DNA of 64,000 nucleotides from Nemertoderma westbladi. Taxonomy: Eukaryota; Animalia; Xenacoelomorpha. How positions within the stretch are numbered: the stretch's first letter is position 1; the number at the start of each line of letters is the position of its first letter. The stretch is from contig JAUCBJ010007751.1 of the NCBI GenBank assembly GCA_032718475.1, positions 9,156-73,155 on the forward strand, given 5' to 3'. The notes under the pieces were generated by a model. It did no database searches. It saw only the letters and a list, made by a program, of their open reading frames with translations, and was not told where the DNA came from. Of the stretch, positions 1 through 13,979 are shown one piece after another. Made by a program: the position numbers and the translations under genes.

Positions 1-670
1 ACCCAACCAAGGACAACTCTACTACCCAACGTAAAACCCAACAAAGGACAACTCTACTACCCAACGTAAAACCCAACCAAGGACAACTCTACTACCCAAC
101 GTAAAACCCAACCAAGGAGAACTCTACTACCCAACGTAAAACCCAACCAAGGACAACTCTACTACCCAACGTAAAACCCAACCAAGGACAACTCTACTAC
201 CCAACGTAAAACCCAACCAAGGACAACTCTACTACCCAACGTAAAACCCAACCAAGGACAACTCTACTACCCAACATAAAACCCAACCAAGGACAACTCT
301 ACTACCCAACGTAAAACCCAACCAAGGACAACTCTACTACCCAACGTAAAACCCAACCAAGGACAACTCTACTACCCAACGTAAAACCCAACCAAGGACA
401 ACTCTACTACCCAACGTAAAACCCAACCAAGGACAACTCTACTACCCAACGTAAAACCCAACCAAGGACAACTCTACTACCCAACGTAAAACCCAACCAA
501 GGAGAACTCTACTACCCAACGTAAAACCCAACCAAGGACAACTCTACTACCCAACGTAAAACCCAACCAAGGACAACTCTACTACCCAACGTAAAACCCA
601 ACCAAGGACAACTCTACTACCCAACGTAAAACCCAACCAAGGACAACTCTACTACCCAACGTAAAACCCA
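1..670. repeat. 35-bp tandem repeat (ACCCAACCAAGGACAACTCTACTACCCAACGTAAA), ~19 copies, runs off the window start
   Basis: Unit read directly; copies are near-identical. Confidence 0.97.
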
Positions 671-1457
671 TTAATAACACTCGATTGCGTTATTGTGGAT
701 CCGTAAGTAACTTTGGCTACCGCCGTTACTTAATGAAACAAAACATTTTCTATAATTCAGTTGAAAATATGAGATGCAGTGACTACGATTTTATGTATAT
801 TATACATAATATGTCATGGAATCAAAATAATCGCTGAGATGGGAGATGCGTCAAGTCCCCCCCCCCCCCCCTTCCCCCAACCCTGTCTCCTGTATTCGGC
901 CAAAGAATTTTTGAAAAAGTCAGGGAAATTTGAAAACGAATGGAGTGGCAACCATGGTACCATGCCTGGTAATCAGCATTCCGAACCAAAGAACCCCTCG
1001 CATATTCATAAAAAAACTCGACATACTTCAATAAGTTATTGACATTTTCACTGTATATGTTCCTTTTCCAGTGTCATCACTTTTACTTTGTGAAAATATC
1101 TCCGATTGAGATATGTTACATAATAAGCTAAATGTGCTAATTATCACCCTCGCAAATATTGTGTTATGTAGTACGTACAGTACAAAAAATTGAAATTAAC
1201 TAAAATTAAATACATATATAATTAAATAGTAAAACAATAATAGACATCAGAAACAAAACATTTTTAAGATTTAGAAGAGAAAAATAAAGTTATCGATTCA
1301 CCTCCATAAATTCAAAATGAAAACAGAATCACATTGACCAATCGGCGACTAATGTTTAATACTGTGGTTGATTATTTTTATGGTAACTTAATGTTTAAAA
1401 TCCCAAAAAAAAAACAATATTAAGAGTAAGTAGACTAGCTAATACTAAAAGTCGATA

Positions 1458-1698
1458 TCAGATAGTTGTATTTGTAGAGAGTTCCCCTGTGTGCATTGCG
1501 TGTCTGTGTCTCATATGTCGCATGAAGCTGTCTTTTCTACCGAATGACGCATTACAATACAGACATACACAGACCTTGACTCTCGTGTGGGTGTTTAAAT
1601 GACGTCGCATATCATTGTTGGATTTGAACCGCCATTTGCACCGCGGCCAACTGCAAGCAAATCGTTTACGTTCAATCCAAACCGATTCCAATTCAAAA
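1458..1698 (-). CDS. Alternative terminal exon V6: two C2H2 zinc fingers
   Basis: FACSWPRCKWRFKSNNDMRRHLNTH and CLYCNASFGRKDSFMRHMRHRH. Acceptor tttattctttgaatatttgcag| at 1698 is phase 2, matching the donor at 35637. Confidence 0.8.
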
Positions 1699-1786
1699 CT
1701 GCAAATATTCAAAGAATAAATTTCACGTGAAAAACAACCACCAAAATTGCAACAACGTTAAATAGTAGAAAATCTTTAAATTTTAT

Positions 1787-2070
1787 GTGGGGCGTAGTAA
1801 GCGAGCTAGCCAAACGGAGCGTACAACTGTTCAGCAGTTGTCTATCGGTCAGTTGGTCTGTCTACCGGTCAGTCGGTCTGTCGGCCTGTAGTTCTGTCTG
1901 TCGGCAAAAGTTTGAAGGATAATAACTCAGTCCATCTTTCAAGAAAGAAAACCAATCTTGGCAGACATTTCTGTGTAGAGTCTGATATCGAATTTGCGTC
2001 GTGGGGCCACAGCAGTTCTCCAGTCTTCCGCTGGAGGGCTGGAGGCACCGATTGATATAGTGGTACCCAT
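1787..2070 (+). mobile_element. Helentron-associated (HINE/DINE-1-like) interspersed repeat copy
   Basis: GTGGGGCG start, GTCT/GTC microsatellite tract and AATAACTC...ACCAA(T/A)CTTGG core, shared with copies at ~9513, ~10935 and ~63485. Confidence 0.55.
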
Positions 2071-2071
2071 A

Positions 2072-3313
2072 GACAAGCTTGCTTACTTCATTCTGCCTAA
2101 AGGTCCCACCAACGTGTTTATGGTTTTGGTTGTTACCCGTATGACAAGCTTGCTTACTTCATTCTACCTAAAGGTCCCACGAACGTGTTTATGGTTTTGG
2201 TTGTTACCTGTATGACAAGCTTGCTTACTTCATTCTACCTAAAGGTCCCACGAACGTGTTTATGGTTTTGGTTGTTACCGGTATGACAAGCTTGCTTACT
2301 TCATTCTACCTAAAGGTCCCACGAACGTGTTTATGGTTTTGGTTGTTACCCGTATGACAAGGTTGCTTACTTCATTCTACCTAAAGGTCCCACGAACGTG
2401 TTTATGGTTTTGGTTGTTACCGGTATGACAAGGTTGCTTACTTCATTCTACCTAAAGGTCCCACGAACGTGTTTATGGTTTTGGTTGTTACCTGTATGAC
2501 AAGCTTGCTTACTTCATTCTACCTAAAGGTCCCACGAACGTGTTTATGGTTTTGGTTGTTATCGGTATGACAAGCTTGCTTACTTCATTCTACCTAAAGG
2601 TCCCACGAACGTGTTTATGGTTTTGGTTGTTACCGGTATGACAAGCTTGCTTACTTCATTCTACCTAAAGGTCCCACGAACGTGTTTATGGTTTTGGTTG
2701 TTACCCGTATTACAAGGTTGCTTACTTCATTCTACCTAAAGGTCCCACGAACGTGTTTATGGTTTTGGTTGTTACCGGTATGACAAGCTTGCTTACTTCA
2801 TTCTACCTAAAGGTCCCACGAACGTGTTTATGGTTTTGGTTGTTACCGGTATGACAAGCTTGCTTACTTCATTCTACCTAAAGGTCCCACGAACGTGTTT
2901 ATGGTTTTGGTTGTTACCGGTATGACAAGCTTGCTTACTTCATTCTACCTAAAGGTCCCACGAACGTGTTTATGGTTTTGGTTGTTACCGGTATGACAAG
3001 CTTGCTTACTTCATTCTACCTAAAGGTCCCACAAACGTGTTTATGGTTTTGGTTGTTACCCGTATGACAAGCTTGCTTACTTCATTCTACCTAAAGGTCC
3101 CACGAACGTGTTTATGGTTTTGGTTGTTACCGGTATGACAAGCTTGCTTACTTCATTCTACCTAAAGGTCCCACGAACGTGTTTATGGTTTTGGTTGTTA
3201 TCGGTATGACAAGCTTGCTTACTTCATTCTACCTAAAGGTCCCACGAACGTGTTTATGGTTTTGGTTGTTACCCGTATGACAAGCTCGCTTACTTCATTC
3301 TAACTAAAGGTCC
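2072..3313. repeat. 71-bp tandem repeat, ~17 copies
   Basis: Unit ATGACAAGCTTGCTTACTTCATTCTACCTAAAGGTCCCACGAACGTGTTTATGGTTTTGGTTGTTACCGGT; period 2141->2212. Confidence 0.97.
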
Positions 3314-3509
3314 CGGTAGTGGTTGATTTAGTTTATTAAGTTTCTTTATATGTTTCCCAGGAGTTTTTGCTATATCCGATACACAAAGTAGGGAACGTTG
3401 TTACATTGCTAATTTTCTCTTTAAAATGGAATCAACATTTTGCCAAAAATATCACTAAAATATATCTCTCTCATAAAATGTTTTGCTAGCGGTTGCCGGA
3501 CTGCCTTGG

Positions 3510-6500
3510 TACAAATGTATCGTTACTTAAGTACTGTTACAGATGTACAGTTACAGATGTACCATTACAGATGTACCGTTAATATTACAGAAGTACCGTT
3601 ACCATTACAGATGTACCGTTACCGTTGCAGATGTAGCGTTACAGATGTACAGTTACAGATATACCGTTACAGATGTACCATTACCGTTACAGATGTACCA
3701 TTACAGATGTACCGTTACAGATGTACCGTTATAGATGTACCGTTACAGATGTACCGTTACAGATGTACCATTACAGATGTACCGTTACAGATGTACCTTT
3801 ACAGATGTACCATTACAGATGTACCGTTACCGTTACAGATGTACCGACCGTTACAGATGTACCGTTACAGATGTACCGTTACAGATGTACCGTTACAGAT
3901 GTACCGTTACAGATGTACAGTTACAGATGTACCGTTACAGATGTACCATTACCGTTACAGATGTACCATTACAGATGTACCGTTACAGATGTACCGTTAT
4001 AGATGTACCGTTACAGATGTACCGTTACAGATGTACCATTACAGATGTACCGTTACAGATGTACCTTTACAGATGTACCATTACAGATGTACCGTTACCG
4101 TTACAGATGTACCGACCGTTACAGATGTACCGTTACAGATGTACCGTTACCGATGTACAGTTACAGATGTACCGCTACAGATGTACCGTTACCGATGTAC
4201 AGTTACAGATGTACCGTTACAGATGTACCGTTACAGATGTACCGTTACAGATGTATAGTTACAGATGTACAGTTACAGATGTACCATTGCCGTTACAGAT
4301 GTACCGTTACAGATGTACCATTACAGATGTACCGTTACAGATGTACTGTTACAGATGTACCGTTATAGATATACCGTTACAGATGTACCGTTACAGATGT
4401 ACAGTTACAGATGTACCATTACAGATGTACCGTTACCATTACAGATGTACCGTTACCATTACAGATGTACCGTTACCGTTACAGATGTACCGTTACAGAT
4501 GTACAGTTACAGATGTACCGTTACAGATGTACCGTTACCATTACAGATGTACCGTTACCATTACAGATGTACCGTTACCGTTACAGATGTACCGTTACAG
4601 ATGTACAGTTACATATGTACCATTACAGATGTACCATTACAGATGTACCGTTACAGATGTACCGTTACAGATGTACCGTTATAGATGTACCGTTACAGAT
4701 GTACCGTTACAGATGTACCGGTACAGATGTACCGTTACAGATGTACCGTTACAGATGTACCGTTACCGTTACAGATGTACCGTTACCGTTATAGATGTAC
4801 TGTTACCGTTACAGATGTACCGTTACCGTTACAGATGTACCGTTACAGATGTACAGTTACATATGTACCATTACAGATGTACCGTTACAGAAGTACCATT
4901 ACAGATGTACCGTTATAGATGTACCGTTACAGATGTACCGTTACAGATGTACCGTTACAGATGTACCGTTACAGATGTACCGTTACCATTACAGATGTAC
5001 CGTTTCCGTTACAGATGTACCGTTACCGTTACAGATGTACCGTTACCTTTACAGATGTACCTTTACAGATGTATCTTTACAGATGTACCATTACATATGT
5101 ACCGTTACAGATGTACCGTTACCGTTACAGATGTACCTTTACAGATGTACCTTTACAGATGTACCATTACATATGTACCGTTACAGATGTACCGTTACCG
5201 TTACAGATGTACCGTTACCGTTACAGATGTACCGTTACCGTTACAGATGTACCGTTGTCGTTACAGATGTACCGTTACCGTTACAGATGTACCGTTACCG
5301 TTACATATGTACCGTTACCTTTACAGATGTACCTTTACAGATGTACCTTTACAGATGTACCATTACATATGTACCGTTACAGATGTACCGTTACCATTAC
5401 AGATGTACCGTTTCCGTTACAGATGTACCGTTACCGTTACAGATATACCGTTACCCTTACAGATGTACCTTTACAGATGTACCTTTAGAGATGTACCATT
5501 ACATATGTACCGTTACAGATGTACCGTTACCGTTACAGATGTACCGTTACAGATGTACAGTTACATATGTACCATTACAGATGTACCATTACAGATGTAC
5601 CGTTACAGATGTACCGTTACAGATGTACCGTTATAGATGTACCGTTACAGATGTACCGTTACAGATGTACCGGTACAGATGTACCGTTACAGATGTACCG
5701 TTACAGATGTACCGTTACCGTTACAGATGTACCGTTACCGTTATAGATGTACTGTTACCGTTACAGATGTACCGTTACCGTTACAGATGTACCGTTACAG
5801 ATGTACAGTTACATATGTACCATTACAGATGTACCGTTACAGAAGTACCATTACAGATGTACCGTTATAGATGTACCGTTACAGATGTACCGTTACAGAT
5901 GTACCGTTACAGATGTACCGTTACAGATGTACCGTTACCATTACAGATGTACCGTTTCCGTTACAGATGTACCGTTACCGTTACAGATGTACCGTTACCT
6001 TTACAGATGTACCTTTACAGATGTATCTTTACAGATGTACCATTACATATGTACCGTTACAGATGTACCGTTACCGTTACAGATGTACCTTTACAGATGT
6101 ACCTTTACAGATGTACCATTACATATGTACCGTTACAGATGTACCGTTACCGTTACAGATGTACCGTTACCGTTACAGATGTACCGTTACCGTTACAGAT
6201 GTACCGTTGTCGTTACAGATGTACCGTTACCGTTACAGATGTACCGTTACCGTTACATATGTACCGTTACCTTTACAGATGTACCTTTACAGATGTACCT
6301 TTACAGATGTACCATTACATATGTACCGTTACAGATGTACCGTTACCATTACAGATGTACCGTTTCCGTTACAGATGTACCGTTACCGTTACAGATATAC
6401 CGTTACCCTTACAGATGTACCTTTACAGATGTACCTTTAGAGATGTACCATTACATATGTACCGTTACAGATGTACCGTTACCGTTACAGATGTACCTTT

Positions 6501-7715
6501 ACAGATGTACCTTTACAGATGTACCATTACATATGTACCGTTACAGATGTACCGTTACCGTTACAGATGTACCGTTACCGTTACAGATGTACCGTTGCCG
6601 TTACAGATGTACCGTTACCGTTACAGATGTACCGTTACCGTTACAGATGAACCGTTACCGTTACAGATGTACCGTTTCCGTTACAGATGTACCGTTACCG
6701 TTACAGATGTACCGTTACCTTTACAGATGTACCTTTACAGATGTACCTTTACAGATGTACCATTACATATGTACCGTTACAGATGTACCGTTACCGTTAC
6801 AGATGTACCTTTACAGATGTACCTTTACAGATGTACCATTACATATGTACCGTTACAGATGTACCGTTACCGTTACAGATGTACCGTTACCGTTACAGAT
6901 GTACCGTTGCCGTTACAGATGTACCGTTACCGTTACAGATGTACCGTTACCGTTACATATGTACCATTACAGATGTACCTTTACAGATGTTCCTTTACAG
7001 ATGTACCTTTACAGATGTACCATTACAGATGTACCTTTACAGATGTACCGTTACAGATGTACCTTTACAGATGTACCGTTACAGATGTACCGTTACCGTT
7101 ACAGATGTACCTTTACAGATATACCATTACAGGTGTACCATTACAGATCATTACCATTACTGATGTTCCGTTACAGATGTATCGTTACCATTACATATGT
7201 ACCATTGCAGATGTACCATTGCAGATGACCGTTACAGATGTACCATTACAGATGTATCATTATCGTTACAGATGTACTGTACAGTTACCGTTACAAATGT
7301 ACCATTCCAGATGTACCATTACCGTTACAGATGTACCGTTACTGTTACAGATGCATCGTTACAGATGTACAGTTACAGATGTACCGTTACCGTTACAGAT
7401 GTACCGTTACAGATGTACCCTTACAGATGTACCTTTATAGATGTACTGTTACAGATGTATCGTTACCCTTACAGATGTACTGTTACCATTACAGATGTAC
7501 CGTTACCGTTGCAGATGTACCATTACCGTTACAAATGTCCTGTTACCGTTACAGATGTACCGTTACAGGAGTACCGATACCGAGGTACCGTTACCGTTAC
7601 AAATGTACCGTTACCGTTACAGATGTACCGGTACCGTTACAGATGTACCGTTACCGTTACAGATGTACCGCTACCGTTACAAATGTACCGTTACAGGTGT
7701 ACAGTTTCAGATGTC
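3510..7715. repeat. 14-bp satellite (ACAGATGTACCGTT) with 20-bp variants and a 952-bp higher-order duplication
   Basis: Unit read directly. Identical ORF-track translations are offset by 952 bp (4685/5637, 4919/5871). Confidence 0.97.
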
Positions 7716-8540
7716 TTGTTATAATAATAATTAATAATATTTATATTATACGCGTTAGTTGAAGCATAAGTTTGTAGTTGTAATTGAATTATTTATACAA
7801 AATTGCAATATTTGGCAAAATAACTATGACAACGGAAAATAAAGAAAGTACATTATTTCATGCACAGTTTCATTGTAAAGTACTTTTCTAGAGATATAAA
7901 GAGTACAGTAAAGCTATAATGTGATACGCCTCGCAGTTTATAGTAACAGCGTTAAGTAATTCAGCTTATAATAATAATAATAAAAAATGTACAATACAGA
8001 CAGACGTTATTACATTGTTGTAAATAATGACGTCACCATCACACAATACGGTCTGGGGCAGAGATTAGTTATAGGGTTATTATTATTTATATAATATTAT
8101 CTGACATCGGGTTTAATGTAATACATAATTAATAAAACAAATTCATTGGGATAATGATCAAACATATAAATTATGTACAATACAGTACAATACACCAATT
8201 TAATTATATACTGTAAAATTGAGTTTGCTGCTTGTTTGTTATACAACAAAAACTGTACCTGAAAAAACTCTAAAAATCTCTACCTGGAATGATCATATGA
8301 TCATTGCAGGTGCTACGCATATGCCCTGTATAGCCCATAACAGACAGACCCGTGGATTATATACCCAATACTAATAACAGTATACAATCACAGTGAAAAA
8401 AATAATTACATTTTGGAATAGGAATAACTAATAATATTGATAAGGATGAAATGAGCCTGAAAAAGTTGAAGTTTGTGGGCGCAAACATTTATCCTAATGC
8501 GAATTTGTTGAGTAATAAATAAAACATCCGACATCCCTAA

Positions 8541-8850
8541 AGGCCCATTCACATCCAACGGACGGTACACCGCGCGGTGTACCGCAGGGCCAGCGGTACA
8601 CCGCTGACTGTGAACGACCCAACAGGTAGTTGTGCGCTAAACCGCGCGGTTTACCACAGCCCATTTAAACAATGTTAAAACAATTAATGTAATTTCCTGT
8701 TGAATTCCCAGTCGACAGATAGACAATCAGTTACCGCAACCAACGGTACCGTTGGGTGTGAACGGGCTCCGGGTAGTGTGCCGCTGGCTTACCGCTTCAA
8801 TACCGCTAGACTACTTTACCGCTCACGCACCGTTGGATGTGAACGGGGCT
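8541..8850. mobile_element. MITE, PIF/Harbinger-like
   Basis: TIRs AGGCCCATTCACATCCAACGG ... CCGTTGGATGTGAACGGGGCT, flanked by TAA and TTA. Confidence 0.7.
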
Positions 8851-8994
8851 TTAGACCAATGTTAATACACGCTGAAGGTTCGCAGTACACTCGGACTCGG
8901 CCAATACATCACATAATTCCATCTTGTGTTTGAGTATATAAATATAAGAATATTTAACGCCGTTACTACTATTAATTATTAGTATTAACAGAGG

Positions 8995-9262
8995 CTAGTT
9001 GTTATTCATCTTATGTATAAAGTTATTTTCCATGCGAGGGATATTCAGTGATTGGCCGGAATGTTTATCTGCTACATGTTCACGCCAACGGTACCTCCTA
9101 GAGAACTGTAAGTCGCAATGAGGACAGACGAATGGTTTATCTTTACTGTGAGTCACGAGATGACGGTTAAGGGCTCCTTGAAGCTTGAATCGCCATGGAC
9201 ACCAAGGACATCTGTGCGGTCTAAACGGGTCGCCATGGTAACCGGTGGCTCGTTGCCATTCG
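8995..9262 (-). CDS. Alternative terminal exon V5: two C2H2 zinc fingers
   Basis: HRCPWCPWRFKLQGALNRHLVTH-SKDKPF-VCPHCDLQFSRRYRWREHVADKH. Acceptor gtttgttatgttgcag| at 9262 is phase 2. Confidence 0.85.
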
Positions 9263-9757
9263 CTGCAACATAACAAACGCGTGTGTTGGTTGATATTCCC
9301 GGGAGTTACACATACAGCACATGCTCAGATGGAAAGAGTTTTTTAAGGTAAACATTAAAAGTTTGATTCACCCACATAAAAATGGATGCTAAACTAGGTT
9401 ATAAACAAATGTATTCAAATATTATTCATATATTAACATGTTATTGAGATAACTATGTACACAACCTATGTAAAGTGCTAATTTACACAAGTAAAAATAT
9501 TGCGAATAAGGTGTGGGGCGAGCCACGTAAGTCTAGGTGAGCCGTAGGGGTATAATTAGTGGACTCGTCTGTCGTTGTCGTCGTTTTCGTTGTCGGAAAT
9601 GTTTGAACGCTAATAACTCAGTCAATCTTTGATGAAATGGAACCAAACCTGGTACACATGTAGTCTATCAAAAGTTTAGAAATTCTACAGAGAAACAGAA
9701 TTCTGTAGTTCATCTGTCTGCCACAAAGGGGTGAATGACTAGTTCCACTAATTGTAC

Positions 9758-10861
9758 TATTGTTGCAACGGGATCCCGATGGAAAATCCCGATCCCGTCC
9801 CGATCCCGATGGAAACATATCGGGATTTGCTATTACTAAATTTATATGCCTTGCAGCTTAAAATTTGTAAAATTGTATAAAAATGTACAATTTTTGCCAA
9901 TAACAAAAACAATAATTTTTGTTAAATACAACAATTTTAGAGGATTTTCATTGGATGATTGATAAGATGATTGATAGGGATGTAAGTCAAGAAATGTAAG
10001 GAAATTATTTCCTAAATATTTTTCCCAAAATTTCCTATTTTATTAATTGATTATAAAAAGATTACTGTTAATAGTAAATATTTGCAGAAATATCCTCATC
10101 TTAGCATAAAATAGTAATAATACGACTGGAACTAAAAAAAAGATTGTGACTTTGTGTTTTGGAAATTTCATTACTGTATTAACTAGATGTTTTATATTGA
10201 ACGCAATTTCGGAAATTGAAACATTTTCAATTTTAAATCTTTCACAATTTTACCTCTGCTATTTTCTCGGTTTTATACACATTCTGAATCTGAAAACACA
10301 TAGGAAAAAACAAGTAGAGTAAGAAATGGAAACAAGTGATTCCTGCGTAGATGTGTTGAGGTGGTTCGTTGTCTTGGCTCTTAACTACGGGTGAAGTATA
10401 CTTTTCCGGAAATTTCCTTAAAAAAACATATTTCCGGAAAACTCACATCCCTAATGATTGATGAATGATTGATTGATTTACATGATTTATAACTGATTTC
10501 TGAATTTGAATTTATATCTGAAATTCATTCATTAAAATGTACATGAAAGTCTATATTATAAATAATTATTATTATATTATAATTATATTAAAAATGAAAT
10601 ACGTACGTGGGAAATAAACTACGCCAGTGGTGAACCATTTGAAAACAAAGTCAGTGGATATTTTTACATATCTTGGTATTTTTTAGTACATGACATTTCT
10701 CGAAAGATTGATTTACTCCTATAAAGAGGGCAGGGCAGATAGCCAGTTTAAGCTTTGAACGAGTCGCAATAAAATAAAAAATCCCGATCCCAAAAATCGG
10801 GACCCCGGCGGTTGCAATTCCGATCCCGAAAATTGTGGATCCCGATCCCGCTGCAACACTA
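9758..10861. mobile_element. Non-autonomous hAT-type element
   Basis: TIR TATTGTTGCAACGGGATC / GATCCCGCTGCAACACTA. 8-bp TSD AATTGTAC at 9750-9757 and 10862-10869. Confidence 0.85.
9975..10453. mobile_element. Second hAT-type MITE nested in the previous one
   Basis: TIR TAGGGATGTAAGT / ACTCACATCCCTA. 8-bp TSD ATGATTGA at 9967-9974 and 10454-10461. Confidence 0.85.
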
Positions 10862-10934
10862 AATTGTACCTCTACGCAAAGGCTCATATGGACTTACGCG
10901 CTGCGCGAAGTCCCCACGTACGTGTATATAGATA

Positions 10935-11240
10935 GGGGAGCGAAGCGAAGCCTTAGTAAATGGGAACCATTGACGAGTTGTCTGTCGTCGTCGACGTCTA
11001 ATTTTTAATCGCTAATAACTCGTTCATTCCTTGATAAAATTAAACCAAACTTGGTACGTATGTAGTCCGTCAAAAGTTTAGAAAGAATCTGAAGTTTGGT
11101 CCAAAAATCAGACAATCTGTCAGTCGGTAGCGGTAGTTTCAGGCTTTTTATAAAAAGTCGGACAATCATTGATGAAATTATAAATTAAACCAAACTTGGT
11201 AGATTTTCAATCTCGTGCTGCGCGAAGGCCCCACGAAAGT
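10935..11240 (+). mobile_element. HINE-like repeat copy
   Basis: GTC tract, GCTAATAACTCG, ACCAAACTTGGT, ending GCGCGAAGGCCCCACGAA. Confidence 0.5.
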
Positions 11241-11367
11241 ATCCTAATTACAAACGCCACTGATCACGTACAGTAAAACTGCTGTGATAAATAATCATCA
11301 TATGTGCGCACAATAAATTTCCAGTTATTTAGCATTAGAAAGTGAAAGTAAATGTACTAGTAAACGA

Positions 11368-12109
11368 TCATAATCTTCGCAATATCTCAGGACAGTGGCG
11401 ATTAACATTATCGTAGAGAGTTCGAAGAGGAATACCAAAATGGACTGAAGCCTCGCGTATAGTCATTGTTCTAGAGGACAGATTCTCTAGCGCCATCTGG
11501 AGGTCATTCTGTGAATATGATTTCACTCGATACTCCCTCAGAACGCCTCTGGAGGTATCCCGTGTGGTAGTCTCGGGTGCATTAACGGAGGAGACACCGT
11601 CTATAGAGACAGACGCAGCGCTCAAAACCGGCGGTAATGTTGCCTCTTCCTTAACTTGGTTTAATGGCATCCACGACTCCCCCCTTGAGTACAATCCTCC
11701 CTCAGTTCCTCCCTGTTCTGCCCCTACTGCGCCCCTCCCCCGTCCATCCACTGCTCCCACCCCTCCGCCCTCCACTGCCCCCAGCCCCCTTCCACCCACT
11801 CCACCCTCTATACTCCCCACTACACCAACCCCTCGCTCTTCCATTAAACCCACCCCTTCACCCACAGCGTCCGCTTCTTTCCGACGACCGAGCGTCGCGC
11901 CCACCCCGACCACACACCGTTTCTTCCTACGAGCGTCGGGTAACGGTAGACCGTGTTTCTGCACGTGGAAGTACAGCGTTCTGGATGGGATCTTATATCT
12001 GGCCGCGGCCGAAGGAACTGATAGTAACCCGGACTCAAGGGATCTCAACGCCATTACTAAATCCTCAAAGGTATACCGGTTCTTCCGACGCCGAAGTCGT
12101 ATCTTCAGC
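11368..12109 (-). CDS. Alternative terminal exon V4: two Pipsqueak-type HTH domains separated by a Gly-rich linker
   Basis: RYTFEDLVMALRSLESGLLSVPSAAARYKIPSRTLYFHV and SYSQNDLQMALENLSSRTMTIREASVHFGIPLRTLYDNV. Acceptor cctgttttgtctgtgcag| at 12109 is phase 2. Confidence 0.85.
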
Positions 12110-12914
12110 CTGCACAGACAAAACAGGCGGAATGGAATGAGTCTCTGAGTGAGGCTGACACCGTGACCAAGTAAAATCTTAATCGATATAAGTTACAAAT
12201 ATCATTCTACCTTTACCACTTGGAAATCACGGAGAAAAAAACAATAAATATAATTGTAAAGCGAAGGCAGATAAATAAATTAAAGATGAAGATGGAGTAA
12301 TTGAAATTACAAAAAAATTCTAGAAGAAGCAAAAAATGTAAATAAAATAAAATAAGATAATATAAAATAAAATTTCCTCGCATAGGTCCCAACCCTTCAA
12401 CTTTTGAACGATCGTATCTCCGCTATTTTATGATAAAATTTAGATTGCGTTACATTTTTGGAATCCATAAAGTCATTCATTCACTGAGAGTCTCATTTAT
12501 TAGATTGAAGTGAAGTATTAGAAAAAATAAGCACGCATTACCAGCTTTTACTGAGTAGGGGAAAATGTTACAGTGGATAATTCAAAAAATTATTTAACCA
12601 AATTGCGGCAAAATTATATTCTAGATCCTCTAGTCGACCAGTATTGATTGACTGAAGAAGATAGGCAATGTGTATCTCATTGCGCGTCGTAGTAGCCTCT
12701 CGTCAACAAGTCAACCCAACCGACTAGCGGCACTGGCTGTTTCAGCTGACAGGGATCTTTCTTATTTGCTAGCTTGTAATGACCATTAGCAATAAATACC
12801 AATACAATAAATACCAATACCAATACTGTAATAAGATACTAACTACCCGCCATAATACTGGTCCTGTGTAATTAGATTACATCATGTACTGGAATATAGT
12901 GTCGTTATTCAGGT

Positions 12915-12946
<32 letters not shown>

Positions 12947-13979
12947 ATAAAATAAAACATAAAAAAAAACTTTGAGATAAATGTTTCATTTTAGTTTACT
13001 GTTTTTTTAATGAGGTTCAGTAATAGACCAATGAGCTCCTTCTGTAGACCCCCTCCGGCCCTCCCCTGACCAGCAACCAACCGATTCCCAATAAAGAGCC
13101 AATTCATCCTAGTTTTGAAGACGCAGGGCAAATTGAAATGGATATCATAAGTTTTCGAATAAGTATCATAAACTTTCGTTAAAATTTCATAATTAAAAAT
13201 TAACGATCAATCAGTGGATACCACCCAATATTATGTAAAATACGTTAATTTAATTAAAGGTATAAGTAATTTAAATACGTAAATCATTAAAGAAATCATT
13301 AGAGCCGTTACTGTCTATCAATATGAACTAGATGCAACTGTTGTCTTTGGTGTAACCTGCTTTTGTATTATAATAGCATAGCTACTCGTGAAAAAATATA
13401 ATTTTCCAGAAGCTTGGGTTAATTGTTAAATAAAATAAAATAGCCTCGCGCAGATGAAAAACCATGCAACATCAACATGCAACAAATCGACGCAAATAAC
13501 AGTTGACTACTCCCAAAAATAAAACTGTAACCTGTTATATTGACTTTCGTTTATTTTTTTATGGTTATAATAATGTGCCACTGTAACCTGCTCCTTTCCC
13601 TAAATTGAGAATTTAGCATTAAGACGGGATATTAATTCGCCGAGATGGGATTTGCGTTCAATTTCCCCCCTTGTCTCCTGAGCCCATATCGGCAGTACCA
13701 TATCTGGGTATAGAGAACGTGTATACATTGCATATTGGCAGGAGACAATCTGTTCTTTACATGACACAATACCATGGATGACTGACATCGATATTATGCT
13801 TTAAACTACCCTATAGAGTTTTATTGATTGCACAGCTCAATGTTGTAGGAGAAGACTTAACTCTATCTTAACTTAACTCTTTATCTATTCTTTACATTGT
13901 ACACAGCTTACACATCAAACTTTTAATATTCACCATCCATTTAATTTTTCTCACAGGTGTGGCCTGATGATATATACTA

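Larger units (their letters stand above)
9513..10924 (+). mobile_element. HINE-like repeat interrupted by nested hAT-type MITEs
   Basis: GTGGGGCGAGCCACG start, GTC tract and ACCAAACCTGGT core. The repeat resumes after 10869 and ends GCGCGAAGTCCCCACGTACGTG. Confidence 0.55.

Noticed and set aside
1-3313. 35-bp and 71-bp repeats as CRISPR arrays
   Set aside because: The units are head-to-tail with no unique spacers, there are no cas genes, and the context is eukaryotic.
3440-7762. Many long ORFs (up to 881 aa) of MYRYRCTVTDVPLQ repeats
   Set aside because: They are translations of the 14-bp satellite, open in all three frames, with no unique coding sequence.
11564-12148. Pro-rich plus-strand ORFs
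   Set aside because: Antisense shadows of the Gly-rich Psq exon.
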